Source of the DNA: Vicinamibacteria bacterium
GTDB lineage: Bacteria > Acidobacteriota > Vicinamibacteria > Marinacidobacterales > Marinacidobacteraceae
Assembly (NCBI GenBank): GCA_963668695.2
Contig: CAXXLQ010000004.1
Location: 3,648,001 to 3,712,000 of the forward strand
Direction of reading: 5' to 3'
DNA: 64,000 bases
This document shows, one piece after another, positions 18,436-28,732 of the stretch (position 1 is its first letter; every line of letters starts with the position of its first letter). The notes beneath the pieces are model-generated. The model was not told the origin of the DNA. It searched no databases and was given only the letters and a program-made list of their open reading frames with translations. The translations under genes and the position numbers were made by a program.

Positions 18436-20051
18436 GTCCCCAAGATCCTGCCGTTGATTTTTCCGCCGGCCCCTACCGCGAAGAGATTTCCATGGCTGAT
18501 CCCCTCTGCAGCGTCCGGAAAGAGCCGACCCAGAGCGGCCGATGGCACGTTACCCAGCTCCCTGGGTTCGAGCTTGTGCAGCCCGCCGCCGTAGACACGT
18601 CCTTCTCCGAGCAATGCATCGGGATCGATGTCGTTCAATGTCTGCCAAACCTTCCCCTGGAGGGTGACGTCGCATTCCATCGCCTTCGCGACGGCGGCAG
18701 TCGGGTAGAGCATCAAATACACATTCGCGGCCGTTGCCCGGGACCGATTCATGATGAAGCGAAACACCCGCCGGTCCCTCTTTCGTGCCCTCCCCAGGTA
18801 TGTGCATACGAACGGCGCGGCGGGGCGCGATTCCTGCGCATACCAGGGTGTCCGGTGACGGCAGATGTACCGGTCAGCCACACCGCGCTCCCGTCCCTCC
18901 TCCAGATACGTCCAGAGCGCGGGATGCCGCCGGCTGACCTCCTCGTAGGGAAGCCGACAGTCCAGAAGGAACAGCCGACGCGGAAGTCTCGGGTTTCCGT
19001 CGGAGTCGCACTGGACTTCGTCCTCCGCGAGATGACGCGGCCCTGGCAGTATCGGCAGAAACACCTGCCAGGGCAGCCCGCGGCGAGCGATCTCCTCCTC
19101 CGGCAGAATGAAGAAGCGGTTGTTCCCGGTCGCAAGTCCTCGCTTGACAGTGAAGAACCTGCGCAGAGTCGGCGCATCTTCGCACCCGTCCGCGCTCCAA
19201 GTCGGATATCTCGTCCACTTTCGCGCACCACGAAGCTCACTCGCCGGCACGGCTCGTTCAACGCCTGGCTCCAACAGGCTCCCGCCGTACGTCATCCGGA
19301 CGCCGTAGTCGTTCGACGGCGTCTCATTTCGAAACCACACCACTGACGACGACACCAACGCATCGCCGAACTGCACGTCGTTCGGATCGAACCTGTGTAT
19401 GTGCAGCAACGTCACCCGGTCAAGCAAATGCCGCTTCACCGCAGCGCCGTAGTTCACATCCATGAACTCGCTCGGAATGAGCCAGCCCGCCAGAGCCCCC
19501 GGCGCCATCCACCGATTGCTCAGCCCGAGGAAATAACAGTACAGGCCCGCAAGTCCACTGACGTCCATACCGCTCGCCTCCATCACCCGGGCCCTTAGAC
19601 GTCGCTTCTCTTCGATGTGCAGGTGGTGGTGCCGGACGTACGGCGGATTGCAGATCACCAGATCGAACGCGGCCGTTTTGGCCGGCGGCTGCGCCCGCGT
19701 GAAGTCCTCAAGTCGCAAGTCGAGCCCACTACGCCCCCAAAGCTCCACGGCGGGTACGCCGTAGTGCGGGTCAATCTCGTACCCGGCTGCTGCTCCGACG
19801 CGGCTCTCCGGAAAGACACTCCGAAAGGCCGAGTAGAAAGCTCCGGTGCCGACCGCAGGATCCAAGAACCGGACCTTCTCACCTCTGCCCCAGTTCGCCG
19901 CCGCGTACCTCAGGATGTCGCGCGCCAGCGCCGAGGGCGTCGCAAATTGCCCCATGGCGTTGCGTTCCGCCTGGGATTTCCTGCCGTCGAGAGTCTCTTG
20001 GAGTCCAAGACGCCGGGCTTCCAGCGCGGCCACGTTCGCTTCCGGAGCCAT
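18432..20051 (-). CDS. Amino (likely N6-adenine) DNA methyltransferase of an XamI-type R-M locus
   Basis: GQFATP, LDPAVGTG (motif I), ICNPPY (motif IV), RGLATG, GRVYGGGLHKLEP; lower GC. The ATG at 20051 sits just after the REase stop. Confidence 0.88.
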   Translation of the reverse strand: MAPEANVAALEARRLGLQETLDGRKSQAERNAMGQFATPSALARDILRYAAANWGRGEKVRFLDPAVGTGAFYSAFRSVFPESRVGAAAGYEIDPHYGVPAVELWGRSGLDLRLEDFTRAQPPAKTAAFDLVICNPPYVRHHHLHIEEKRRLRARVMEASGMDVSGLAGLYCYFLGLSNRWMAPGALAGWLIPSEFMDVNYGAAVKRHLLDRVTLLHIHRFDPNDVQFGDALVSSSVVWFRNETPSNDYGVRMTYGGSLLEPGVERAVPASELRGARKWTRYPTWSADGCEDAPTLRRFFTVKRGLATGNNRFFILPEEEIARRGLPWQVFLPILPGPRHLAEDEVQCDSDGNPRLPRRLFLLDCRLPYEEVSRRHPALWTYLEEGRERGVADRYICRHRTPWYAQESRPAAPFVCTYLGRARKRDRRVFRFIMNRSRATAANVYLMLYPTAAVAKAMECDVTLQGKVWQTLNDIDPDALLGEGRVYGGGLHKLEPRELGNVPSAALGRLFPDAAEGISHGNLFAVGAGGKINGRILGT

Positions 20052-20052
20052 C

Positions 20053-20274
20053 CTACAACCCGAACTCCGCAAAGTCGGCGATGCGATGCTCCCAGACCCA
20101 GTCGATGCCTTCAGCCGCCTCGTAGCCGAGATATCCAGAGTCGAAGTATCCACAAAGGAATAGTACGAACCGCACATCTTTGCCGTAGGTCTTCCGTAGC
20201 TGGCCCACCTTCGTCGCCTCCTCCTTCCGCCGCTTGTTGACATTGGTGTAGTCGCCCGCCGATTTCGCAGCCAC
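20053..20274 (-). pseudogene. XamI-family restriction endonuclease, C-terminal remnant
   Basis: AKSAGDYTNVNKRRKEEA...LFLCGYFDSGYLGYEAAEGIDWVWEHR; most of the N-terminal part is missing. Confidence 0.8.
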
Positions 20275-20652
20275 TCACGTAGGATCCCAAAGTCTGGATA
20301 TCACAGGGAGTATCACTCACCCGGTTCGCTGCCGAGAGCACCCCGAAGGAGAAAACCCGCCGCGCTCGAACGACTATGGACGAATGTGTCCGAACGCAAC
20401 GGCTCGCTGTCGAGCCGCGCTTTTCGCCTCCCTTGCCGGGACCGGGCTTCTGATCTCGGCCTCGGGAGGCGGAGGTGCGCCGACCACCGCAGGGCCGCCC
20501 CCGGTCGCCCCGTCTCCGCCGGTCCGGCCTCCGCTGCCAGCCCCGCCAGCTGTCTTCGCGTAGCCGGTGGGCGGTAAGGAAGGCGTCGACTGGGCGATCA
20601 ACAACTATGTGGACCGTAACCCGGACGCGGGCTGCGAACGCGGCCCAGTGCC

Positions 20653-20973
20653 TCAGGCGCCAGGCAACCGGTACGGGACAGCCTTCCTTACTGCTGCGTC
20701 CACGGTCTCCGGGGTGAGCAGAACGGTTACCGATACCGTGAGCGCACCCGCAGCGGCGATGTTCAGGGAGAGCGCCGTCGCCGCCGTTTCGTCGGGACGG
20801 TCGGCGATCAGATAGAGGTCACAGTCGCCAAGGGCGTAGTAGAAACCTTCCAGGCTACCCCCGACGCCCTCGATGGTTTGACGCAGGGCCGCCTCCCGGC
20901 CGCTGCCGCCCTCGGCGAGCAGCCCCTTCAGGCCGGACTGCGTGTAGTTGGTTCGGAACATGTACTTGGCCAT
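20653..20973 (-). CDS. GYD domain protein
   Basis: MAKYMFRTNYTQSGLKGLL..GG..R...YYALGDCDLY; GGGGA ribosome-binding site. Confidence 0.85.
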   Translation of the reverse strand: MAKYMFRTNYTQSGLKGLLAEGGSGREAALRQTIEGVGGSLEGFYYALGDCDLYLIADRPDETAATALSLNIAAAGALTVSVTVLLTPETVDAAVRKAVPYRLPGA

Positions 20974-21169
20974 GCTGTCCCCTTTGCCAAAGGTGACGTG
21001 GTGTTGCGGTGGTGCAACGTAGCTATCTGGTGGCCGACTGCCGCAGGTCCTTTGCCCGAAAGGGCGGCGCGACCCAATTCCCTGATGGACGCTACCGCTA
21101 GTCTCGCGCACTGATCAAATTCCGCGCCCGGGAATACTGGTCAAGTGTGGGTCATGGCCCGGCGGGGCC

Positions 21170-22015
21170 CTACGGCGGTTCGGCCAGGAAGTCGCCAAGG
21201 GTCCACCAGTTCGCGGTGACCACCTGGCCGCCGGGCGCGCCGCCGGGCCCGTAGGCGAGCACCAGGTCGTAGATCTCACCCCGGTGTTCGAGCACCGCCG
21301 CCGAGAGGAAGATGGCGGGCGCCCCTTCGTTGAGCGTGGCGCAGCGCCCGGTCTGCCACGCCACTTGAAACAAGCTCGCCGCGCCGGGGAGGTTCCCCTC
21401 GAGAACGGCTTCGACCAGCGGGACGACGTCGTCGGTGGAGGCGCAGCCTACGGCTCCGGCAAGGCCGAGCGAGTCAACGGGGAACCGGTCCAGAACGGTG
21501 TCGAACACCAGGGATTCACCGGGGGAGTGACGCGCGAACACCCGGTGGTCACCGTCCGCCGGCAATTCGGGAACGCTCGCGTCGAGATCCGCGCCGCCAA
21601 TCTGGAGGGTGGCGCCCGCCGAGAACATCAACTCGCCCGCCGGCACGCTCACTCCGTCCCCGTCGTAGTCGCCCCGCCGAACCGCGTAGCGGAACTCCAG
21701 CCGGCCGGCTTCGCTGGCGGCAAGCGCAGCCGGTTCGCTGGCGAGCCCGAGATCGAAGATCAGGAAGACCTCGCCGGTCGTCTCCACCTCCTCGCCGCTT
21801 GTGACCAGGACGACGAAGACCAGTTCCTCGCCGTCGAGATACGTCCCGTTCGCCGCCGGCTCCGAGACGATCTCCACCCGGTCGATCAGCGCGCTCGCCC
21901 GATCACCCGGCTCCGGGCTCGTGGGGCTTCCATCGCCCTCCTCGCACGCGGAAAGCGCGACGAGCAGAAGAGCCGCCGCGACGGCCGCGACCGATCCGGC
22001 GACCCCGCTGCTCAC
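21170..22015 (-). CDS. Hypothetical lipoprotein with a beta-rich (Ig-like?) domain
   Basis: GTG start overlaps the putP stop; lipobox LSAC; GTYLDGE...LEFRYAVRRGDYDGDGVSV. Confidence 0.7.
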   Translation of the reverse strand: MSSGVAGSVAAVAAALLLVALSACEEGDGSPTSPEPGDRASALIDRVEIVSEPAANGTYLDGEELVFVVLVTSGEEVETTGEVFLIFDLGLASEPAALAASEAGRLEFRYAVRRGDYDGDGVSVPAGELMFSAGATLQIGGADLDASVPELPADGDHRVFARHSPGESLVFDTVLDRFPVDSLGLAGAVGCASTDDVVPLVEAVLEGNLPGAASLFQVAWQTGRCATLNEGAPAIFLSAAVLEHRGEIYDLVLAYGPGGAPGGQVVTANWWTLGDFLAEPP

Positions 22016-23541
22016 CGCTGCCGCGCCCAGCGCGCCGCCTCGTCGACCTGCCTCGCGCCTTCGGGATCCGGCCGGGTGAGGAGGCTCACCACGATGGCCG
22101 CGGCGAACCCCGCGGCAAACCCGACGACCATCTCGTAGAGCTCGAAGTACGCCGGCTTGCCCCAAAGGAACCACCCGACCGACGTCAGGAAGCCGACCAC
22201 CATTCCCGCGACCGCTCCCGGAAGCGTCATCCGGCGCCAGAAGACGCCGAGAATCGCGACCGGCGCAAAGGCGCAGCCGAGGCCCGACCACGAGAAGAGG
22301 ACGAAGAAGAAGATCATCCGTACCTCGGGGAGTGCGACTCCGATGGCGACCACTCCGAGCACCAGCGTGACCACCTTGCCGAAGCGGGCGAGGCGCGCCT
22401 CGTCGCGGGTCAGCCGGGCGATCGTTCCGCGAAGTCCCGGCGCCGCCGGGTCCCGATAGCGGGATCCGAGAATCTTCTCGAAGAAGTCCCGCACGACCGC
22501 CGACGAGGCGAGCAGCAGGACCGAGTCCGCGGTGGACATGATCGCCGCCAGCACCGCGGTCAGGAAGAGCCCGGTGACCACCGGGGGCATGAGGTCCGAG
22601 GCCAGGAGCGGCAGGATGCCCTCCGGATCGGCGATCTGGGGGTAGAGCACCCGCCCCGCCATTCCGGTGAGCACGGCCCCGAGATCGAACAGCACGATCA
22701 CGAAAGCGGCCATGAACCCGCCGTCCGAGAGGGTGCGCCGATCCTTCGAGGCCATGAACCGCACGAGGAGCTGCGGCGCTCCCAGGAAAGCGAGGCCGAT
22801 CCCCAGGTGGCTGACCACGTCGGCGATTCCCTGGCCGGACATTCCCGAAGCGCCGAGCGGCCGCAGGAGGCCGGGGTCGGCGCTCGCGAGCCGCTCCGCG
22901 AGGACGGAGAGGCCGCCGATCTCGTTGATCGCGACGATCGGCAGCGCCACCAGCGCCGCGGCCATCAACGTCGCCTGGATGAGATCGCTCCAGGCGACCG
23001 CCTTCAGACCGCCGAAGCTCGTATAGAACAGGATCACCACGGCCCCGAGAATCACTCCGATCTCGTAGGGGATTCCGAGGAACGACTCGAACGTCTTGCC
23101 GGAGCCGGTGAGCTGGGCCGCCATGTAGGTCCCGGCCATCACCATGATCACCACGGACCCGAGGATCCGCAGGATCTGCCGCCGGTCGCCGAAACGCATC
23201 TCCAGCCAGTCCGCCACCGTGATGGCGCGGTAACGGTCGGCAAGCGCCTTGAAGCGGGGGCCGATGAAGGTCCACGCGACCGCGGTGGCGAGCACCTCGC
23301 CGAAGACGATCCAGAGCGCGTTGACCCCGAGCAGGTACCCCATGCCGGTGAGACCGAGCAGGAGCCAGGCGCTCTCGCCGGTGCTCGCCGCCGAAAAGCC
23401 GACGACGGCCGCCGGGAGACGGCGCCCCGCGAGGTAATAGCCCTCGAGACTACCGGTGCTCCGGGAACTCCAGATGGCGAGCCCGAAGAGGATCGAGAGA
23501 TAACCGATGAGGACGGCCCAGAGGGGCCAGTTTTCAGCCAC
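22012..23541 (-). CDS. putP: Sodium/proline (SSS family) symporter
   Basis: YYLAGRRL, ESAWLLLGLTG, GGLKAVAWSD, LAAIMSTADS. Confidence 0.9.
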   Translation of the reverse strand: MAENWPLWAVLIGYLSILFGLAIWSSRSTGSLEGYYLAGRRLPAAVVGFSAASTGESAWLLLGLTGMGYLLGVNALWIVFGEVLATAVAWTFIGPRFKALADRYRAITVADWLEMRFGDRRQILRILGSVVIMVMAGTYMAAQLTGSGKTFESFLGIPYEIGVILGAVVILFYTSFGGLKAVAWSDLIQATLMAAALVALPIVAINEIGGLSVLAERLASADPGLLRPLGASGMSGQGIADVVSHLGIGLAFLGAPQLLVRFMASKDRRTLSDGGFMAAFVIVLFDLGAVLTGMAGRVLYPQIADPEGILPLLASDLMPPVVTGLFLTAVLAAIMSTADSVLLLASSAVVRDFFEKILGSRYRDPAAPGLRGTIARLTRDEARLARFGKVVTLVLGVVAIGVALPEVRMIFFFVLFSWSGLGCAFAPVAILGVFWRRMTLPGAVAGMVVGFLTSVGWFLWGKPAYFELYEMVVGFAAGFAAAIVVSLLTRPDPEGARQVDEAARWARQR

Positions 23542-23553
23542 GGCGCGTCTCGC

Positions 23554-23676
23554 TCAGCCCGAGTCGGACTCCCGGGAAGCGCGGCGGCCCTGGGCGGCGT
23601 TCCAGGCGGCGAGCACCATGCCGGGGAGCACCGCCGCGACAAGCAGCACCCAGGCGGTTAGCGGGAATCCCTTCAC
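23554..23676 (-). CDS. Small single-TM protein upstream of putP (40 aa)
   Basis: GGAGG ribosome-binding site plus GTG: MKGFPLTAWVLLVAAVLPGMVLAAWNAAQGRRASRESDSG. Confidence 0.6.
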   Translation of the reverse strand: MKGFPLTAWVLLVAAVLPGMVLAAWNAAQGRRASRESDSG

Positions 23677-23689
23677 CGGGCACCTCCGA

Positions 23690-23863
23690 GACGTCCCATG
23701 GCGGAGGCGAGGCGAACACCGAGACCGCTGAGGCGCCCGGCTGACAAGGCGCGTGAGGGAAGGAATACCAGAGGTATTGCGACCGAAGCGCAACGACGAG
23801 CGTAGCGGTTCAGCCGGGATGGATCGGCGGTCGAATGTCGTCTTGCTTTCGTCATGGGGCGTC
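23690..23863 (+). mobile_element. MITE copy D (divergent terminal stem)
   Basis: Same core (GGCGCCCGGCTGACAAGGCGCG...GCAACG...TCAGCCGGGATG) but ends GACGTCCCATGGCGG / TTCGTCATGGGGCGTC. Confidence 0.85.
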
Positions 23864-26800
23864 AGTTCGGGCGGATGGGCCGGTCGTCGGTGCGGTACAT
23901 GTCCTCGTTCAGCCAGGGGTATTCCCCGTAGGGCCGGGCGTCGGGCCACATCTCGTCGAGGGTGTTCCCGTCGTAGATCCGGCCGTCCTTGATCACCAGA
24001 TGGATGCCGGTGGTGGCGCGGATGTCCTCGAGCGGGTTCTCGTCGAGCACCAGAAGATCGGCGAGCTTGCCGTCCTCCACGGTCCCCAGTTCGTGCTCGA
24101 GCCCGAGGTAGGCCGCCCCCTGCCGGGTCGCAAGATCCAGGGCGCCGAGCGGTCCCATCGCCGCCTCGGCCATCCAGATCTCCCAGTGCGAGCCGATGCC
24201 GTGGTGCTGGCCGTGGCCGCCGATGGCCCCCGAACCGCCCTCGGCGATGATGTCGGCGAGCCCCTGGGCGAGCAGCGGGAAGCTGTAGTCGGTCTCGGGG
24301 CGCAGCGGACGGCGCCGGGTGTGCGGGATCAGCATCCGCCAGGGAAGCCAGCGCTGCTGCTTGGGATCCTGCCAGTTCGCCGTCTCCTGCCAGAAGTACT
24401 CCTCGTTCCAGGCGGACGGGCCGCCCACCACGAAGGTGATCGAATAGACGGTCTTCGTGCGCCCGAAGAACTTCGCGGCGTCCTCGTAGAGCGGGACGTA
24501 GGTGAGCGGGTGTTCCCAGCCGGTCTGGCCGTCCAGGATGAGGCCCACGTTGTAGATGAGGCTGCCGCCCTCGCCGGTCACCATGAGGTTCCGCTCGCGC
24601 GAGATCTCAGCGATCCACTGGCGCTGGTCGCGCCGGGGCTGCATGTAGGACTTGATCGCGGTGGCGCCCCAGGAAGTGAGCCGCTCGACGTTGTTCTCGG
24701 CGTCCTCGTAGCTCTGGATGTCGTTCTGGCGCGAGCCGTCGCCGTTGTACATGGGATCGCCGGTGCTGAACATCCGCGGCCCGACCATCTCGCCGGCCTC
24801 GACGAGTTCGGCCGCCGAAAAGACGTTCTGGGACCACTGCGAGTTGTCGAGCGTGGTGGTCATCCCGTACGCCAGGTAGACCGCCGCTTCCCAGTTGCGG
24901 CGGGGGAGCACGCCGGTGTGATCCCGGTGGTGGTGGGCGTGCATGTCGATGAACCCCGGGATGATCGTCTTGCCCGAGACGTTCACCACCCGGTCCTGCT
25001 CGGTCCAGACGCAGTCCCCGACGCAGACGATCCGGCCGTCCGAGATCCGGACGACGCCCTCTTCGATGGTTCCCTGATCACCAAGGGTGACGATGCGGGC
25101 CCCAGTCAGGACCGCGCCTCCCTTCGCGCGCTGGCGCGGCAGTTCGAGGCTCACCTCGTGGTGGGTCGTCTCGTCGGCGTCGGGGTCGTAGGTGGTGATC
25201 CGCGGCCCGCTGCCCAGATAGAGCAGTCCGTCCGGGGTCCAGCGGGGGAACATGCCCCCGTCCCGGGTCACCGTCCGGATCGGCAGCGACGCCTTCCGGC
25301 GCTCGATGTGCGGAGCTTCCGCGCCGGCGCCCGGCCAGGGGAGCGCGGTGAGATACACGTTGTCTCCCTCGGCGAAGGCGACCCAGCGCCCGTCCGGGGA
25401 GGGAGCGGCCTCGTCGGCGAAGGGGAAGGTGAGGTGGACCCGGCGGTCGGATCCATCGGGCTTCACCGAGACCAGCCGGGTGACGTCCTGGCGGTAGCCG
25501 TCGCGTTCCCAACTGTCCTGCTCGGGGAAGAACAGGCGGCCGTCGGGGCCGAAGGACGGCGCCACGATCTGCCGGCGCGGCATCAGGGGCCGACCCGCGT
25601 TGTACGGGCGGAGCGTCTTCGTGATGACGGTGGCCGGCCCGCCGGCGGCAGGAATGCTGACGAGGTCGTAGCGGAGGTTCTGCGACCAGGATCGGCCGCG
25701 GGCGGGAGCGCCGGTGCCGCGCGCCGCGACGATCGCGCTCCCGTCCGGCGTCCAGACCGGATGGATGTACTCCGAGGAGGTGTCGGTGAGGCGGGTGGGA
25801 GCGCCGCCTCCCCGGGAACCTTCAGGAGGTGTCCCTCCGTGTCGTCCCAGGAGGTGTAGGCGACGAACGCTCCGTCGGGCGAAAACGCCGGCGACAGCTC
25901 GTAGGCCGGGTCATCGCCTTCCACCAAGCGCTCGGGAGTTCCGTCCGGAAGCGCCATCCGGTAGAGCCGGCCGGCGGCGTGGAAGACCGCTACCGAGCCG
26001 TCCGGGGAAACGGCCGGCCAGCGGATCATCCGCGCCCGGAAGGTGTCGCCGGAAATATCGAACTTCGCGCGGGCCTGTTCGGAGACCCGGCGGCGCACTT
26101 CAGCGACGAACGGCACTTCCTCGGTGTCCCCGCTGGCGGCGTCCACCCGGACGATCCGGCCGCCGCGCAGCACGTAGAGCGCCGCGCTGTCGGGGGTCCA
26201 GGAGTAGCCGGGGAGGACGCGTTCCGTTTTCATCCCCTCGGCGAGGTCCGTCTCGATGGGGTCGGCCAGCAGGCGTTCGCCGCCCGTCGCCAGATCCCGG
26301 AGAAAGAGCGCCGTGCGCGGCCCGAACCGGTGGCCCTTGAAGGAGATCGTGCCGCCGGGGATCCGGCGGGCGAAGGCGAGCCAGCGGCCGTCCGGAGAGG
26401 GCTCCGGGGCGATGGCGCCCCCGCTCGATCCCTGGTACTGCTGCTGGGATTGGCCCTCGGTTACGTCGTAGACCTTGCCGGTCTCCAGGTCGAGTTCCCG
26501 GATCTGCATCGCCCCCCGGACCAGATCGCGCTCGGAAGACGGGGCGAAGTGGAAGTAGAGGCTCCCGTTCGCCGACGGCGCGGGCCAACCGGCGCGCGGG
26601 TAGTCACTCCCGACGAGTTCGACGCCGCTCCCGCCCTCGGGGTGGAACAGGTAGAGCCCGGAACGGCGCGGCTGGCTGAGCGTGAAACTCCGGGCCACGA
26701 TCCCCTGCCCGTTCGGCAACCAGGCCGGGGTGGCGACCCTCGCGTTGGGGTCCTGGTGGACCGGGCGCGGGTTGCCGCCGTCCGCATCCATGAGCCAGAG

Positions 26801-27184
26801 GTTCGACTGTCCGCCCCGGTCGGAGACGAAGGCGATCGTCGCGCCGTCGGGCGACCAGCGCGGGTGGTAGTTCATTGCCACCCCGCTGTCCTGGGTCAGG
26901 CACTCCGCCTGCCCGCCCGCGATGGGCATCCGGTAGATGTGGCCGAGCAGGTCGAAGACGAGCGCGTTGCCGTCCGGAGACACGTCGAGGGACATGAAGG
27001 TGCCCTCCGAGGTCTCGAAGACGAGGTCGTAGGCGTCGCCACGGGCGAGCGTGGTGTCCCATCCCGAATCGTCGGTGCGGCCGCCCTTCTGGGCGGCGGC
27101 GCCGGAAGCCACTAGGCACAGGGCGGCAAGAACCGCAAGGCTTCGGGAGCGGAGTGGAAGGGGCGCGGGCGAGGCGTTTCTCAT
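23862..27184 (-). pseudogene. TolB/PD40-propeller plus amidohydrolase protein with one frameshift near 25812
   Basis: Signal peptide and SPDG repeats; KVPG continues as GGAPTRLTDTSSEYIHPVWTPDG in another frame that joins PGFIDMHAH...GKLADLLVL. Could be a sequencing error in a G-run. Confidence 0.8.
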
Positions 27185-27292
27185 GAAGTCTCCTTCGGGT
27201 GAACCGGGCCGCATAATAACGGCGCTCATGGCCACCCCTTGCACGCCTAGCGATGGGGATGAAGGCGTCCGGGAGACCGGAGGAAGCCGGCG

Positions 27293-28240
27293 ATGACGAT
27301 CCAGCCGCCCCGCTGGTCGGACGCGGTGGCGGCCGCGGAGCGGCTCCGGCGGGTGTTTCCGCCGAGTCCGCTGCTCCGCGCCACCCCGGACCTGGCGGCA
27401 GAACTCCTGCTCAAGGCGGACACGCTCTTGCCCTCGGGGTCGTTCAAGGTGCGCGGGATCTGGGACGCGGTATCGCAACTGAGCCCGGAGGCGGTGGCGC
27501 CCGGACTCTCCACCGTGAGCGCCGGGAACACGGCGCTCGCACTCGCCTGGGCGGCGCGCCGGCGGGGGGTCACCGCCCGCTCGCTGCTGCCCGAGACGGT
27601 GCCCACCGCGAAAGTCGAAGCGTTCCGCGCCGCCGGGGGCGAACCGCGCCTCGTCCCGGTGCCCGAGCTCTTCCGGTTCCTGAAAGAGAGCCTGTGGGAA
27701 CGGGAGCCCTACGCCTTCGTCCACCCGTGGATCGACCCTGCGGTGCACCGGGGGCACGCGAGCCTTGCGGTCGAACTCCTGGAGGCGGCGCCCGACGTCG
27801 AATCGGTGTTCATTCCGGTCGGTGGAGGCGGGCTGCTCACCGGAGTGGCCGGCGCGCTCAAGGATCGCCGACCGGAGATCCGCATCTTCGCGGTCGAGCC
27901 CGCCGGCTGCGCCGCCCTCCATCACAGCCTGGAGGCCGGCCGCGCGGTGGCGGCCCCCTGCGAAACGGTGTGCGACGGGGCGGCGGTCCCCTACCTCACC
28001 GAGGAGCTCTACCCCGCCCTCGCGGGCCTCGTGGACCGGACCGTGCTGGTGCCGGACGAGGAGACCCTCGCCACCTCGCGGGACCTCCTTCTCAACCAGA
28101 AAATCCTCACGGAACCCTCCGGCGCGCTCGCGACCGCCGGCGCGCGGATGGTGCCGGCCGGAGAGCGCGGTCTGAGCGTGGCCATCCTCACCGGCGCCAG
28201 CGTCGGCGCGGCGGGGATCCAGCGGCTGCTGGATCTCTGA
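27293..28240 (+). CDS. PLP-dependent serine/threonine dehydratase family protein
   Basis: SGSFKVRG (PLP lysine), SAGN, PVGGGGL, EPSGA. Confidence 0.9.
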   Translation: MTIQPPRWSDAVAAAERLRRVFPPSPLLRATPDLAAELLLKADTLLPSGSFKVRGIWDAVSQLSPEAVAPGLSTVSAGNTALALAWAARRRGVTARSLLPETVPTAKVEAFRAAGGEPRLVPVPELFRFLKESLWEREPYAFVHPWIDPAVHRGHASLAVELLEAAPDVESVFIPVGGGGLLTGVAGALKDRRPEIRIFAVEPAGCAALHHSLEAGRAVAAPCETVCDGAAVPYLTEELYPALAGLVDRTVLVPDEETLATSRDLLLNQKILTEPSGALATAGARMVPAGERGLSVAILTGASVGAAGIQRLLDL

Positions 28241-28246
28241 ACGCCG
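27904..28246 (+). repeat. Left copy of the 343-bp direct repeat flanking the R-M cassette
   Basis: Matches 31326-31668 (offset 3422) with about 8 substitutions. Confidence 0.92.
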
Positions 28247-28389
28247 TTCAGGCCCTGCGTAACTGCGACACGGAGCCGTCAGCCAGTCGCATGACACCGC
28301 CGGCCAGGGAACGCTGGCCTCTGGTCGGCACCGCCCGCCGGAGGCGGGCGAAACTGCGAATAGCCGACCCGCGTGGTGGCGCGCGACAG

Positions 28390-28419
28390 CGGGAGCGCCG
28401 GTCTCCAGACCGGCATCGC
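28390..28419 (-). repeat. REP-like hairpin
   Basis: GGGAGCGCCGGTCTCCAGACCGGCATCGC, the reverse complement of the family consensus. Confidence 0.75.
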
Positions 28420-28732
28420 TGCCCGCCAGGGCAGCGAAACGCAGATCGCCCTCCTGCACTACGTCCCGGCCGGACAGCACGCTGCCGTCACCGATTCACT
28501 TCAGTTCAGAGATTCCCGCTCGATCAAATGGTTCTCCGGTGGGCGGGCCCCTGTTAGATTCCGCAGCAGGTGACCGCACCCCACCCCACCGGCCAGGGTT
28601 CTCGGCGTGACCGTGCGAGCTAGGCCACAAGCCCCCCCGGCAGGACTGGTCGAACGAACCGGCGAGGGGAATACGCCGCCGAGGGAGGCAGTGACGGTTT
28701 CCGTCGTATCCGCGCGCCAAGCTTCGGGAACC

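Noticed and set aside
20340-20650. Possible gene or att site at the edge of the XamI locus
   Set aside because: Only short ORFs with no recognisable motifs, and no flanking repeat found by eye.
27185-28480. 965-aa ORF start for the amidohydrolase
   Set aside because: The upstream part is antisense to the dehydratase gene; the ribosome-binding site and signal peptide point to 27184.
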